A stretch of DNA of 64,000 bases from a bacterium (GTDB taxonomy: Bacteria; RBG-13-61-14; DATKZS01), in contig CAXXFL010000004.1 of the NCBI GenBank assembly GCA_963674965.2, positions 32,001 to 96,000 of the forward strand. The letters are read 5' to 3'. Shown piece by piece: positions 43,360 to 52,288 of this stretch. The position numbers and the translations under genes were made by a program. The notes under the pieces are model-generated. The model was not told the DNA's origin, ran no database searches, and was given only the letters and a program-made list of their open reading frames with translations. How positions within the stretch are numbered: the stretch's first letter is position 1; each line of letters begins with the position of its first letter.

Positions 43360-45126
43360 TCAGTCCACGATCAGCCTCATTTCGTCGGCCTTGTCCTCGA
43401 TATCCACCAGCAACTTGGCGATGGCGAACTCGTCCAGACCCAGGGCCTTGAGGGGCGCGGAGGTGGGAACGTCGATTCTGGCGTCGGGAGGCGCGCCGTC
43501 CAGGCCCAGACTCTTGCCGATCACGTCGGAACCGGCGAGCATCCAGGCGAGTTCCTCGACGCCCTCCGCCTTGGGTGGGTTGTGGTGGTAGCGAACCGCC
43601 GTAACGATCTCGTCGGGGAAATTCCACTTCTTCAGGATATAGGCCCCCAGCGCCTCGTGGAGAAGGCTCTGAACCTGGTTGTACACGTTGGAAGAAAGGT
43701 TGGCGATGCGCCCGTCGGTTTTGGACATATCGTCCAGGGTCGTGACTATCAATACCTTTCCAATGTCTTTAGTCAGTCCCGAAAGGAAGGCCTCCTCGGT
43801 GTTGATGAACTTTCTCGCGTTGGCCAGCTCCCGGCAGACAACGGCGCTCGAGATCGAGTGCTTCCACAGGCGGGCCAGGTATCCGCTGTATTTGCTGCCC
43901 GAGGATTTGTAAAGGTTCTTAAGGCCAACGGCCAGGGCCACGTTCCTTACGTTGTTGGAGCCAATCCGCATGATGGCCTTGGGAAGCTCGTTTATCTGCT
44001 TGAGGCCCGAGTAGTAGCTCGAGTTGGCAAGACTTACCACCTTGCCCGCGATCACCGAGTCCTTTCTGATCATCTCCGTGTAGTCGTTGATGCTGAAATC
44101 CGGGTCCTGGGAGGCGTGAACTATCTCCATGGAAACCTCGGGGATGGTGGGAAGCTCGGCGTTCTCGTCCTGGAGTCGTTCCTTGATGGCGTTTATAATC
44201 GCGCTCTCCTCGTCGCTCTTCAGGACCTTGGTCCTTTTTGGAGGGTTGTTCTCTTTTTCCCCACTGGACTTCCTGGCCTTCTCCAGATTTAGCGGCGCAA
44301 GGCAGGCGCCGCAGGCCAACTCGACCGTGACCGAGGCGTGAAAAATGGCGGCGGGGGCCGTCTGCCGCGACTTGCAGTTGGGGCATATCATGGTGAAGGT
44401 CTCGATATCTCCTTCCTTTTTAATGGATTCATTTTCACCCGCCTTTTGCGCGTCCCGCTCTTTGACTTCTCTTTCATCGCCGCGTTTTTTAATCTCCGCG
44501 TATTTGTTCAGCACGCGCTTTATATGCTCCGCCGAGGACACGACGAAAGATATAGGCCTTTCATAGGTCCTCTCGATCTTATCGATGACCATCATTCCGG
44601 GCGCCTCGCAAACGGCGACCTTGATCAGCCCTTCTTCAAATGACAGTGGAATCACGCAATTTTCAATGCAATATTCGACGCTCAATTGTTCGATCAGGGG
44701 CCGGCTAAGAGAGGTCGCGTCAAGCTCGACGTTAACGACTTCATCCTGGCCCGAAATCATCTTTATAAGGTCCGACTTGGAAACCACGCCCGACTCGATA
44801 AGCGCCGCGGCGAATGACGCGCCTTTGTTCTCTTTTTGAAAGTCTATGGCCACGCGAAGCTGTTCGTAATTCAAAAGCCCGCTTTCATAAAGATATTCTC
44901 CCAATCCCAGTTCGGTTTTGAAAGCCGTGGTCAACTCCAGGTAGGCGTTTTTCGGTATCATCTCGAGTCTTACCAGGGTATCTCCCAGAGGCTGGCGCGG
45001 CCCCATCTTGGCCTTGATGCGGTTCGCGTACTCGATCTGTTTGGAGGTAAGAAAACCCTGACCCATTAGAAGATCGCAGATATTGCTTTTGTTTTTGACC
45101 GGTTTTACTTTTTCAGCCCTTTCCAT
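43360..45126 (-). CDS. MshEN/GspE-N + zinc ribbon + HDOD fusion protein
   Basis: LGDTLV, LGEYLYESGLL repeats; VIPLSFEEGLIKVAV; CPNC...CGAC; HDOD LPTIPEV, LANSSYY, LWKHS, DIGK, WNFP...YHH. Confidence 0.82.
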   Translation of the reverse strand: MERAEKVKPVKNKSNICDLLMGQGFLTSKQIEYANRIKAKMGPRQPLGDTLVRLEMIPKNAYLELTTAFKTELGLGEYLYESGLLNYEQLRVAIDFQKENKGASFAAALIESGVVSKSDLIKMISGQDEVVNVELDATSLSRPLIEQLSVEYCIENCVIPLSFEEGLIKVAVCEAPGMMVIDKIERTYERPISFVVSSAEHIKRVLNKYAEIKKRGDEREVKERDAQKAGENESIKKEGDIETFTMICPNCKSRQTAPAAIFHASVTVELACGACLAPLNLEKARKSSGEKENNPPKRTKVLKSDEESAIINAIKERLQDENAELPTIPEVSMEIVHASQDPDFSINDYTEMIRKDSVIAGKVVSLANSSYYSGLKQINELPKAIMRIGSNNVRNVALAVGLKNLYKSSGSKYSGYLARLWKHSISSAVVCRELANARKFINTEEAFLSGLTKDIGKVLIVTTLDDMSKTDGRIANLSSNVYNQVQSLLHEALGAYILKKWNFPDEIVTAVRYHHNPPKAEGVEELAWMLAGSDVIGKSLGLDGAPPDARIDVPTSAPLKALGLDEFAIAKLLVDIEDKADEMRLIVD

Positions 45127-45315
45127 GCCTTCACCGCCTTCCAGTTCTCCCCGCAAGGAACAAGGCCAATGGGATATAAAAATGACGGCCTGACCCCATG
45201 CGCGAAAGTAGTGTCTTTCGAGTTTATAATTATTCAATTTTCATGCCTTGCGGTTTATTTCGTGAATGGCCAGCAATGAAATTACCCTCCAGTGGATTTT
45301 TTTCGACTCCATGGG

Positions 45316-45344
45316 TTGACGCCGATAAAATAGTAAAGTAAGCT
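45316..45344 (+). promoter_or_regulatory. Possible sigma70 promoter of the PLP enzyme gene
   Basis: TTGACG-17 nt-TAAGCT. Confidence 0.4.
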
Positions 45345-45492
45345 TGGCGCTTTACAAGAACAATAAACTGGCCGGCCCTGAATCTTATAAAGATATCGGA
45401 AATAATCGGTAGCGATAAAAGAGCTTATTTCAATGTCAATATTACCGATACCCTTTCCGATAAAAAGCAATTTTTTAAGGAGTTTGCTGAAA

Positions 45493-46929
45493 ATGAGAAT
45501 TCCCCCTAAGGGTTTTCCTAAAGACAAGATTCTTTCAGACCTTAAAACCTACAAGGAATCCGACACCGACTGGCAAGGCGGTAAAATGTTCGGACACGCC
45601 TTCCTGGCGGGAGCCGACGCAAGGGAACTGGTCGAGCGGGCATATCTCGAATACCTCTGGGAAAACTCCCTGGACCCATCGCTTTTCCCCAGCGTGCTTC
45701 GGCTTGAAAACGAGGTCGTCTCCATGGCCGCGGTGCATCTGGGCGGAGACGAAAAGGTAGTAGGCAATTTCACCAGCGGCGGAACGGAGAGTATTTTCCT
45801 GGCCGTCAAGGCCGCAAGGGACAGGTTCCTCTCGGCTCACCCTGACAACAGGCCTGAAATGATCGTTCCGGTCACGGCCCACGCCGCCTTTCACAAGGCC
45901 GCCCATTACATGGGCTTGAAACTCGTGCCCGTGCCCGTCGATATGGCCACCTTCAAGGCCAGCGTGGAGTCTATTAAATATAAAATTAACGATAATAGCG
46001 CCTTAGTAGTGGCCTCAGCCCCGTCCTACGCGCACGGCGTCATCGATCCCATCTCCGAGATCGGACGGATCGCCCTTGCCAATGATATCCCCTTCCATGT
46101 GGACGCATGCATGGGAGGGTTCCTTTTGCCTTACTGGAAAAAGCTGGGAGCGAAAATCGAGGAATTCGACTTCTCCGTACCAGGCGTGACCTCCATTTCC
46201 ATGGATTTTCACAAGTACGCCTTCGCCGCGAAAGGAGCGTCGGTAATATTATTCAAAAACAAGGGATTACGCAAGCATTCCATTTTCACCTGCTCCAGTT
46301 GGACCGGCTATACCATTATCAACCCAACGGTCCAGAGTTCCCGCTCGGCCGGGCCGCTGGCCGGGACCTGGGCCGTGCTCAATTACATCGGACACGATGG
46401 ATATCTTGAGATTACAAGAAAATTGAAGGAAGCCACCGAGCGCGTCATCGCGGCCATCGAGTCCATACCCGAACTGTACGTCATGGGCAAGCCGGAGTTC
46501 TGCATTTTCGGGGTTGCCTCGGACGGCCCGGATATCTTCCATCTTGTGGACGAGATGAAAGCGAGGGGATGGCACATCCAGGCGCAAATGGGACTGGGCG
46601 GACATAAGGAAAACTTTCATCTTACCATGCTTCCCGTCAACCTGGCCATGATCGACGAATGGATGAGGGACCTTCGCGACTCGGTCAAAGCCGCCGCCCA
46701 TCTTGAGAAAAGCGAGATGGCCGCCAAGCTGGCCTCCATGTTCTCGGGCGAAGACGCCGTCGAGTTGACCGACGATGAAATCCGGGGCTTCTTCCAGGCC
46801 CTCGGCGTCAGTACCGACTCGATGCCCTCGAAAATGGCCGAAATAAACCAGATACTTAACGCCCTTCCCCCCAAGGTGGCCGACGCGGCCCTCACGGCCT
46901 TCGTGAACGACCTTTACAAACGGGAATGA
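45493..46929 (+). CDS. PLP-dependent group II decarboxylase / sphingosine-1-phosphate lyase-like
   Basis: TSGGTESI, AHAAFHKAAHY, HGVIDPI, HVDACMGG, SISMDFHKY (PLP Lys). Confidence 0.88.
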   Translation: MRIPPKGFPKDKILSDLKTYKESDTDWQGGKMFGHAFLAGADARELVERAYLEYLWENSLDPSLFPSVLRLENEVVSMAAVHLGGDEKVVGNFTSGGTESIFLAVKAARDRFLSAHPDNRPEMIVPVTAHAAFHKAAHYMGLKLVPVPVDMATFKASVESIKYKINDNSALVVASAPSYAHGVIDPISEIGRIALANDIPFHVDACMGGFLLPYWKKLGAKIEEFDFSVPGVTSISMDFHKYAFAAKGASVILFKNKGLRKHSIFTCSSWTGYTIINPTVQSSRSAGPLAGTWAVLNYIGHDGYLEITRKLKEATERVIAAIESIPELYVMGKPEFCIFGVASDGPDIFHLVDEMKARGWHIQAQMGLGGHKENFHLTMLPVNLAMIDEWMRDLRDSVKAAAHLEKSEMAAKLASMFSGEDAVELTDDEIRGFFQALGVSTDSMPSKMAEINQILNALPPKVADAALTAFVNDLYKRE

Positions 46930-46946
46930 CGCGACGCCGAATAAGC

Positions 46947-46974
46947 TTGAATTATCCGGCTTATGTAGTATTAT
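46947..46974 (+). promoter_or_regulatory. Probable tRNA promoter
   Basis: TTGAAT-16 nt-TATTAT about 40 nt upstream of the tRNA. Confidence 0.5.
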
Positions 46975-47013
46975 ATAGTTCTCGTTTGCCCGGCAAACGA
47001 GTTGCCATTTAAG

Positions 47014-47089
<76 letters not shown>

Positions 47090-47229
47090 TGATGCTGTAA
47101 ACAAACCCTCCTTTTCAGTCGTAGGGCTAATACAATCTACACGGCCCATTGTCTTTCACCACTCCTCAGATTACCCCAATATGAACGCGCCTTTCGCCGA
47201 TTTAAAAGGGGAACCGGTGATTATTGCGG

Positions 47230-47258
47230 TTGACATCCGAAGGGGGGGCGGGTAGTAT
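47230..47258 (+). promoter_or_regulatory. sigma70 promoter of the FGE-domain gene
   Basis: TTGACA-17 nt-TAGTAT. Confidence 0.65.
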
Positions 47259-47325
47259 TGTATTTTCCACCATGGTAACATGTGAAAATATTTTCTAAAA
47301 ATCTTTCGCGTAAGGGGAGCGAGTA

Positions 47326-48648
47326 ATGAAGGCTAAAATCGGGATGGCGTTGATTGGTGTTGTGGTTATGCTCGTGGTGGTCGGCATTTCCTGGGCACAG
47401 TCCGCGCCGCAGTTGCTCAATTACCAGGGGCGTCTCACGAACGCGGCGGGCCAACCGCTTGCGGACGGGACTACCGTGGATTTGACGTTCGCGTTCTACG
47501 GCGTGGAATCCGGTGGCACCGCATACCTTACCGTGCTCCAGGAGGACGTGGTGGTCAATGGCGGTATTTACAATGTGCTCATCGGCTCGGGCACGATCAC
47601 TCCGGGGACGGAGACCAGTCTGGCCGCGGTGTTCCAAAAGCACAGCGAGGTGTGGATGGGGGTCAAGGTGGATATTGACGCGGAGATGACGCCGAGGGCG
47701 ATAATCTCCAGCGTGCCCTACGCTATCACCGTTGACCCGAGATACATCGGGGATCTTATCGCCAGGCCCGACTGGGACGGTGATGGGTATTTGAAGACCG
47801 GAAACACCGTAGACTGCAACGACGGCGATGCTACCAGTTATCCGGGGGCAACGGAAAACTGTACGGATGGCTATGACAACGATTGCGACGGGCTAGTTGA
47901 CGCCAATGACCTTGATTGCTGGGCAACTATTCCGGGCATGGCTCTCATCCCCTACGGGTGTTTCAACATGGGAGACTCAAGCGATGATTGCTTTTATTCG
48001 GATTATGCGATGAATGGAGAATGCCCGGTCCACAATGTGTGCATTACCTCTGCTTTCTACATGGACGTGCACGAGGTGACCAACGCGGAGTACGCGGCCT
48101 GTGTGAGCGGCGGCGGCTGCACAGCGCCGAGCAATTCTTCGAGCGAAACCCGCGGTTCTTATTACGGCAATCCGGCCTATGACAACTTCCCGGTTATCTT
48201 TGTGAGTTGGAACCAGGCTGAGGCATATTGCGCATGGGCGGGCAAGAGATTACCTACGGAGGCAGAATGGGAATACGCGGCCCGGGGCGGGTTATCGGGC
48301 AATCGTTATCCCTGGGGCGACAGCATTAGCGGGACTGATGCCAATTATTGGGCTTCGGGCGACCCCTGGGACAACGACACCTCTGAGGTTGGGTATTACG
48401 CGGCCAACGGCTACGGGCTTTATGATATGTCGGGCAATGTCTGGGAATGGGTGAACGACTGGTATTCATTAACGTATTATAGTGAAAGCCCAACCAACGA
48501 TCCCCCCGGTCCTCCGTCAGGTTCGCATCGCATTTTTCGTGGTGGGTGCTTCATTAGCAGTACAAGCATGCAGCGCGTGGCTCACCGTACCATGAGTGAA
48601 CCTACTTACCAGGACTACTACGTAGGCTTTCGTTGCGCTGGGGACTGA
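47326..48648 (+). CDS. Secreted protein: NYQGRL N-domain + Asp/Cys metal-binding repeat + FGE-sulfatase (C-lectin fold) domain; candidate DGR target
   Basis: Signal peptide; PQLLNYQGRL...PRAIISSVPYA; DWDGDG...DCND...DNDCDG; EVTNAEY, RLPTEAEWEYAARGG, GLYDMSGNVWEW, RGG...GFRCA. Confidence 0.88.
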   Translation: MKAKIGMALIGVVVMLVVVGISWAQSAPQLLNYQGRLTNAAGQPLADGTTVDLTFAFYGVESGGTAYLTVLQEDVVVNGGIYNVLIGSGTITPGTETSLAAVFQKHSEVWMGVKVDIDAEMTPRAIISSVPYAITVDPRYIGDLIARPDWDGDGYLKTGNTVDCNDGDATSYPGATENCTDGYDNDCDGLVDANDLDCWATIPGMALIPYGCFNMGDSSDDCFYSDYAMNGECPVHNVCITSAFYMDVHEVTNAEYAACVSGGGCTAPSNSSSETRGSYYGNPAYDNFPVIFVSWNQAEAYCAWAGKRLPTEAEWEYAARGGLSGNRYPWGDSISGTDANYWASGDPWDNDTSEVGYYAANGYGLYDMSGNVWEWVNDWYSLTYYSESPTNDPPGPPSGSHRIFRGGCFISSTSMQRVAHRTMSEPTYQDYYVGFRCAGD

Positions 48649-49148
48649 GTTTCTTCGTGGCAACGCGAAGGCAAGGCCAGAGTCCTCGGGAGTATTTCCC
48701 GGGGAGCGAGCCAAATCAGTCCTGGCCCCATTCCCAGGACGGTTGCTTTTAACCTGGCCTATCCGTGATCAAGGGATTATTACTAAATGACTGAAACAAT
48801 TCCTCCACCATCATTAAACTAATGACGCCATCTCTGCGGAACACCGCCGCATGGATGGCGTTTTACGTTTGGCCTGAATAACGCCACTTATCGCCGACGT
48901 TTGCCGATGTGCCGCGTCCTTCGACCATGACGCGGTGGTGGACACGATTTGCCGGCGTGAAGCGAAATTAACTTGGATTTCACCAGGTTGTGCCTCTCTT
49001 TCTCCGTTTCTACTGGACTACCCCCTGCCTCGTCCAGTGCTTTACTTTCAGGCACTTGCGTGAAAAGCCGATTTTCTTCCGATATGAGCCGGCATGCGTG
49101 CGCATGAAACCGTAGTCAAACCAACGGGCGGCGGACGCGCCTCTCTTA

Positions 49149-49352
49149 TTATCTATTAGAGAAGAGGCGAAGGCCGGTTTCGGCTTGCTCTTTGGCGGCG
49201 CGGAAGGTTTGGGCGATGATCTCCGGCGTTCGAAACACCGCCCGCAGTTGATTCATGACCTGCTCCTCGATGATCCCGGCCGCTACGGTCGCCAGCGGAC
49301 ACGTTGAGTAGCCGTTCTTGGCCGCGTGCAGACAGAGATAGTAGCGGTATTT
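49149..49352 (-). pseudogene. Internal fragment of a large serine recombinase (zinc-ribbon region)
   Basis: KYRYYLC...KNGYSTCP...IEEQVMNQLRAVFRTPEII; catalytic domain absent. Confidence 0.72.
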
Positions 49353-49722
49353 CTCTGATGTCGAGGAGAGATTTTCACGCCTTATCGAAAAATTCCGCAA
49401 GTTCGACACCGAGCGGTGCGAGATTATCGCCACGCTCTACGGCGCTTGGGAGGACCTGCTTAGCGGCGGCGCGGAAGCAACGGAGGATTTGATTGTGAAG
49501 GAGGTGCTCCACAATTGGCACCCCTCGAAGCAACAGATTGACGAAGAGCGATGGCGGCGGGCGCTTAAGTGGATGAAACAAGAAGGCCTCGTCCCTAATG
49601 TGACCGGCGCAACCGAGGCGGGGGAAATCGAGTCCCTGGACGATGATGAGGACATCGGCGACGAGACGCCGGATGAGGATGAAGAAGGACTCGCCGAGGA
49701 GGAGACCGATGCCGACGACTGA
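49345..49722 (+). pseudogene. 3' fragment of a type I R-M specificity-subunit-associated gene (hsdS-like C-terminal domain)
   Basis: Open frame without a start after a TAG: DTERCEIIATLYGAWEDLL...NWHPSK...RWRRALKWM; overlaps the hsdR start. Confidence 0.55.
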
Positions 49723-50314
49723 CACCAGCGAGAAAGGCCTGGAGGCCCTGATCGTCGAGTCCCTAGTAAACGAGGCCGCTTACGAACAAGGCCGCAGCGA
49801 GGACTACGACCGCGACCACGCCGTAGACCTGGCGAAGCTGGTGACCTTTATCGAAGCCACGCAGAAAAAACCTGTGGAGGCGTTGGAGCTTTCGCTGGAC
49901 GGTCCGAAGCGGACGCAGTTTCTCCACCGGCTCCAGGGCGAGATCGCCAAGCGCGGAGTAATAGACGTGCTGCGCAACGGGGTCAAACATGGCGCGGGGA
50001 GCGTGGACCTGTTCTACGGCTCGCCCACGCCCGGCAACGTGAAGGCCGGAGAGCGCTTCGAGGCTAATATTTTCAGCGTCACCCGGCAACTGCGATACAG
50101 CAAGGATGAGACCCAGTTGGCCCTGGACCTGTGCGTCTTCATCAACGGCCTGCCGGTGGCGACGTTCGAGTTGAAGAACCGCCTGACCAAGCAGACGGTA
50201 GAGGATGCGGTGCAGCAATATAAGCGCGACCGCGAACCCAAGGAACTGCTTTTTCATTTCGGGCGTTGCATGGTGCATTTCGCGATGGACGAGGGGATGA
50301 AAAATGGGCTATAA
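49709..50314 (+). pseudogene. hsdR: Truncated type I restriction subunit R (N-terminal nuclease region only)
   Basis: MPTTDTSEKGLE, GVIDVLRNGV, FSVTRQLRYS, DLCVFINGLPVATFELKN, AVQQYK; ends at about 200 aa with no helicase motifs. Confidence 0.88.
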
Positions 50315-51095
50315 CACCATTCTCTACGAATTGGGCGGTCCGGAGAATGCGGTTTGCAAGATCGTCATGAATCGCGCCGAGCAGCGCAACGCCATCAACC
50401 GCGAGATGGCGGAGGAGATGCTCGACGCCTTTGTGCGGGCCAAGAAGGACCCCAAGGTCAAGGTGATCCTGTTCTCCGGCGCGGGCAAGTCCTTCTGCGC
50501 GGGCGGCGACCTCTCGGTGCTGCCGACCTTCAATCACAACTCGGTCTATGACTGGATGGCGCACGAGGGTTACGAGATCGCCCGAGCCATCGCCGAGAAC
50601 GACAAGATCGTGGCGGCCAAGGTCAAAGGCCATTGTATCGCCGGCGGCCTCGAACTCGTCCTGGCCTGCGACCTCGTCTATGCCTCGGAAAAAACCAAGT
50701 TCGGCGTCACTGAAATCACCATGGGCATCCTGCCCGGGTGGGGCGGCACGGCCCGCATCGCGCGGAGTATGCCCATCCACCGGGCCAAGGAGGTCCTGCT
50801 CACCGGCCGCAAGGACTACAGCGCGAAAGAGATTTACGAGATGGGCCTGCTCACCCGGGTCTATGCCGACGAGGAACTCGACGCCAAGGTGGACGCTATC
50901 GTGAACGCGATGGCCGGCCGCTCGGCCGATGCTCTGCGCATGGGAAAGAGCGTGCTCAACCGCTCCTTCGAGGGCATCCCCTGGGACGCGGCCATGACCA
51001 TTGAGAGGAACGCCATCGCCTGGCTCTTCCATTCCGAATACGCGACCAACCTCCGGAATTTCGCCTTGGCGGCGATCAAACAGAACAAGGAGTAG
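50304..51095 (+). CDS. Enoyl-CoA hydratase/isomerase (crotonase)
   Basis: RNAIN, FCAGGDL, GGLELVLACD, PGWGGT. Confidence 0.93.
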   Translation: MGYNTILYELGGPENAVCKIVMNRAEQRNAINREMAEEMLDAFVRAKKDPKVKVILFSGAGKSFCAGGDLSVLPTFNHNSVYDWMAHEGYEIARAIAENDKIVAAKVKGHCIAGGLELVLACDLVYASEKTKFGVTEITMGILPGWGGTARIARSMPIHRAKEVLLTGRKDYSAKEIYEMGLLTRVYADEELDAKVDAIVNAMAGRSADALRMGKSVLNRSFEGIPWDAAMTIERNAIAWLFHSEYATNLRNFALAAIKQNKE

Positions 51096-51100
51096 CCGAG

Positions 51101-52264
51101 ATGGACTTCGCCTTTACCGAGCAGCAAGACCTCATGCGCCAGGAAGTGCGGCGCATGTGCGAGAAGGAGCTAAACCGCGAGTACGTCCGCTGGATGGACG
51201 AGAACTGCGATTTTACGCCGGACGAGCTGTGGAAGAAGATCGCCGACCTGGGTTACATGGGTATCGCCATTCCCGAAGCGTACGGCGGCATGGGACTCGG
51301 TATGGTGGATGCCATGATCGTCTTCGAGGAGTTAGCCACGGCCTCGACCGCTATGGGCCTCTGCATCGGCGCCACGATCGGCTTCGGGGCCAAAACCATC
51401 ATGGGCCTGGGGACGGAAAAGCAGAAACTTGAGCTGTTGCCGAAGATCGCCCGGGGAGAAGTGAAGTTCTCGATGGGCCTCACCGAGCCCGGCGGCGGCA
51501 CCGACATCCTGGGCGCGATCAAGACCAAAGCCGAGGACAAGGGAGACCACTGGCTCCTCAACGGGGCCAAGATGTTCATCACCGGCGCCCATCGCTCCGA
51601 TTACATGGTGGTCATCGCTCTCACCGACCCCGCGGCCAAACGCACTAAAGGACTTTCCATCTTCCTGGTCCCGCAGCCAAGCAAGGGTCTGGAAACGAAG
51701 CTCATCCCCAAAGTGGGCTGTCATGCGGCCGGGACCAACGAGGTGTTCCTGGAGGACGTGAAGATTCCCAAGGAGAATCTGCTGGGGACTCTAAACAACG
51801 GCTGGTTCGAGTTGCTCGGGACCCTCAACCCGGAGCGCATCGGCACGGCCATGCTCTCCCTGGGCATCGCCAAGGCCGCGTTCCGCGACGCCATGAAATA
51901 CGCCCAGGAGCGTGAGGCGTTCGGCGGTCCCATCGCCCGCTTCCAGGTCCTTCAGCACTACCTCGCCGACATCGCCATCGAAATCGAGTGCGCCACGAAC
52001 CTCATCTACAAATGCGCCTGGCTTTCCGACGCGGGCAAGCCCTTCCACATCGAGGCCAGCATGGCCAAACTGGTCGCCGGCCGGGCCTCGGAAAAGGCCG
52101 CCATCCTGGGCATGGAGATATTGGGCGGCTACGGCTACACCATGGAGTACGACATGCAGCGCTACTTCCGCGACTACAAGCAGATGATTTTCTCGCCCAT
52201 CTCCGACGAAATGGCGAAAAACATGATCATGCAGTTCATGGGTCTGCCCAAGTCCTGGAGCTGA
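51101..52264 (+). CDS. Acyl-CoA dehydrogenase
   Basis: LTEPGGGTD, LNGAKMFIT, REAFGGPI, GGYGYTMEY. Confidence 0.95.
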   Translation: MDFAFTEQQDLMRQEVRRMCEKELNREYVRWMDENCDFTPDELWKKIADLGYMGIAIPEAYGGMGLGMVDAMIVFEELATASTAMGLCIGATIGFGAKTIMGLGTEKQKLELLPKIARGEVKFSMGLTEPGGGTDILGAIKTKAEDKGDHWLLNGAKMFITGAHRSDYMVVIALTDPAAKRTKGLSIFLVPQPSKGLETKLIPKVGCHAAGTNEVFLEDVKIPKENLLGTLNNGWFELLGTLNPERIGTAMLSLGIAKAAFRDAMKYAQEREAFGGPIARFQVLQHYLADIAIEIECATNLIYKCAWLSDAGKPFHIEASMAKLVAGRASEKAAILGMEILGGYGYTMEYDMQRYFRDYKQMIFSPISDEMAKNMIMQFMGLPKSWS

Positions 52265-52288
52265 TCCGCGAATAGCAGGAGACTCGCT

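Noticed and set aside
47326-48648. FGE-domain protein as the maturase for the nearby sulfatase
   Set aside because: It lacks the catalytic two-Cys motif of true formylglycine-generating enzymes after RGG and has adhesin-type N-terminal domains.
48812-48870. Integron attC site
   Set aside because: The hairpin lacks properly placed RYYYAAC/GTTRRRY ends, and there is no integron integrase.
47090-50300. Complete DGR in the window
   Set aside because: No reverse transcriptase motifs, no avd-like gene and no AAC-rich template copy were found.
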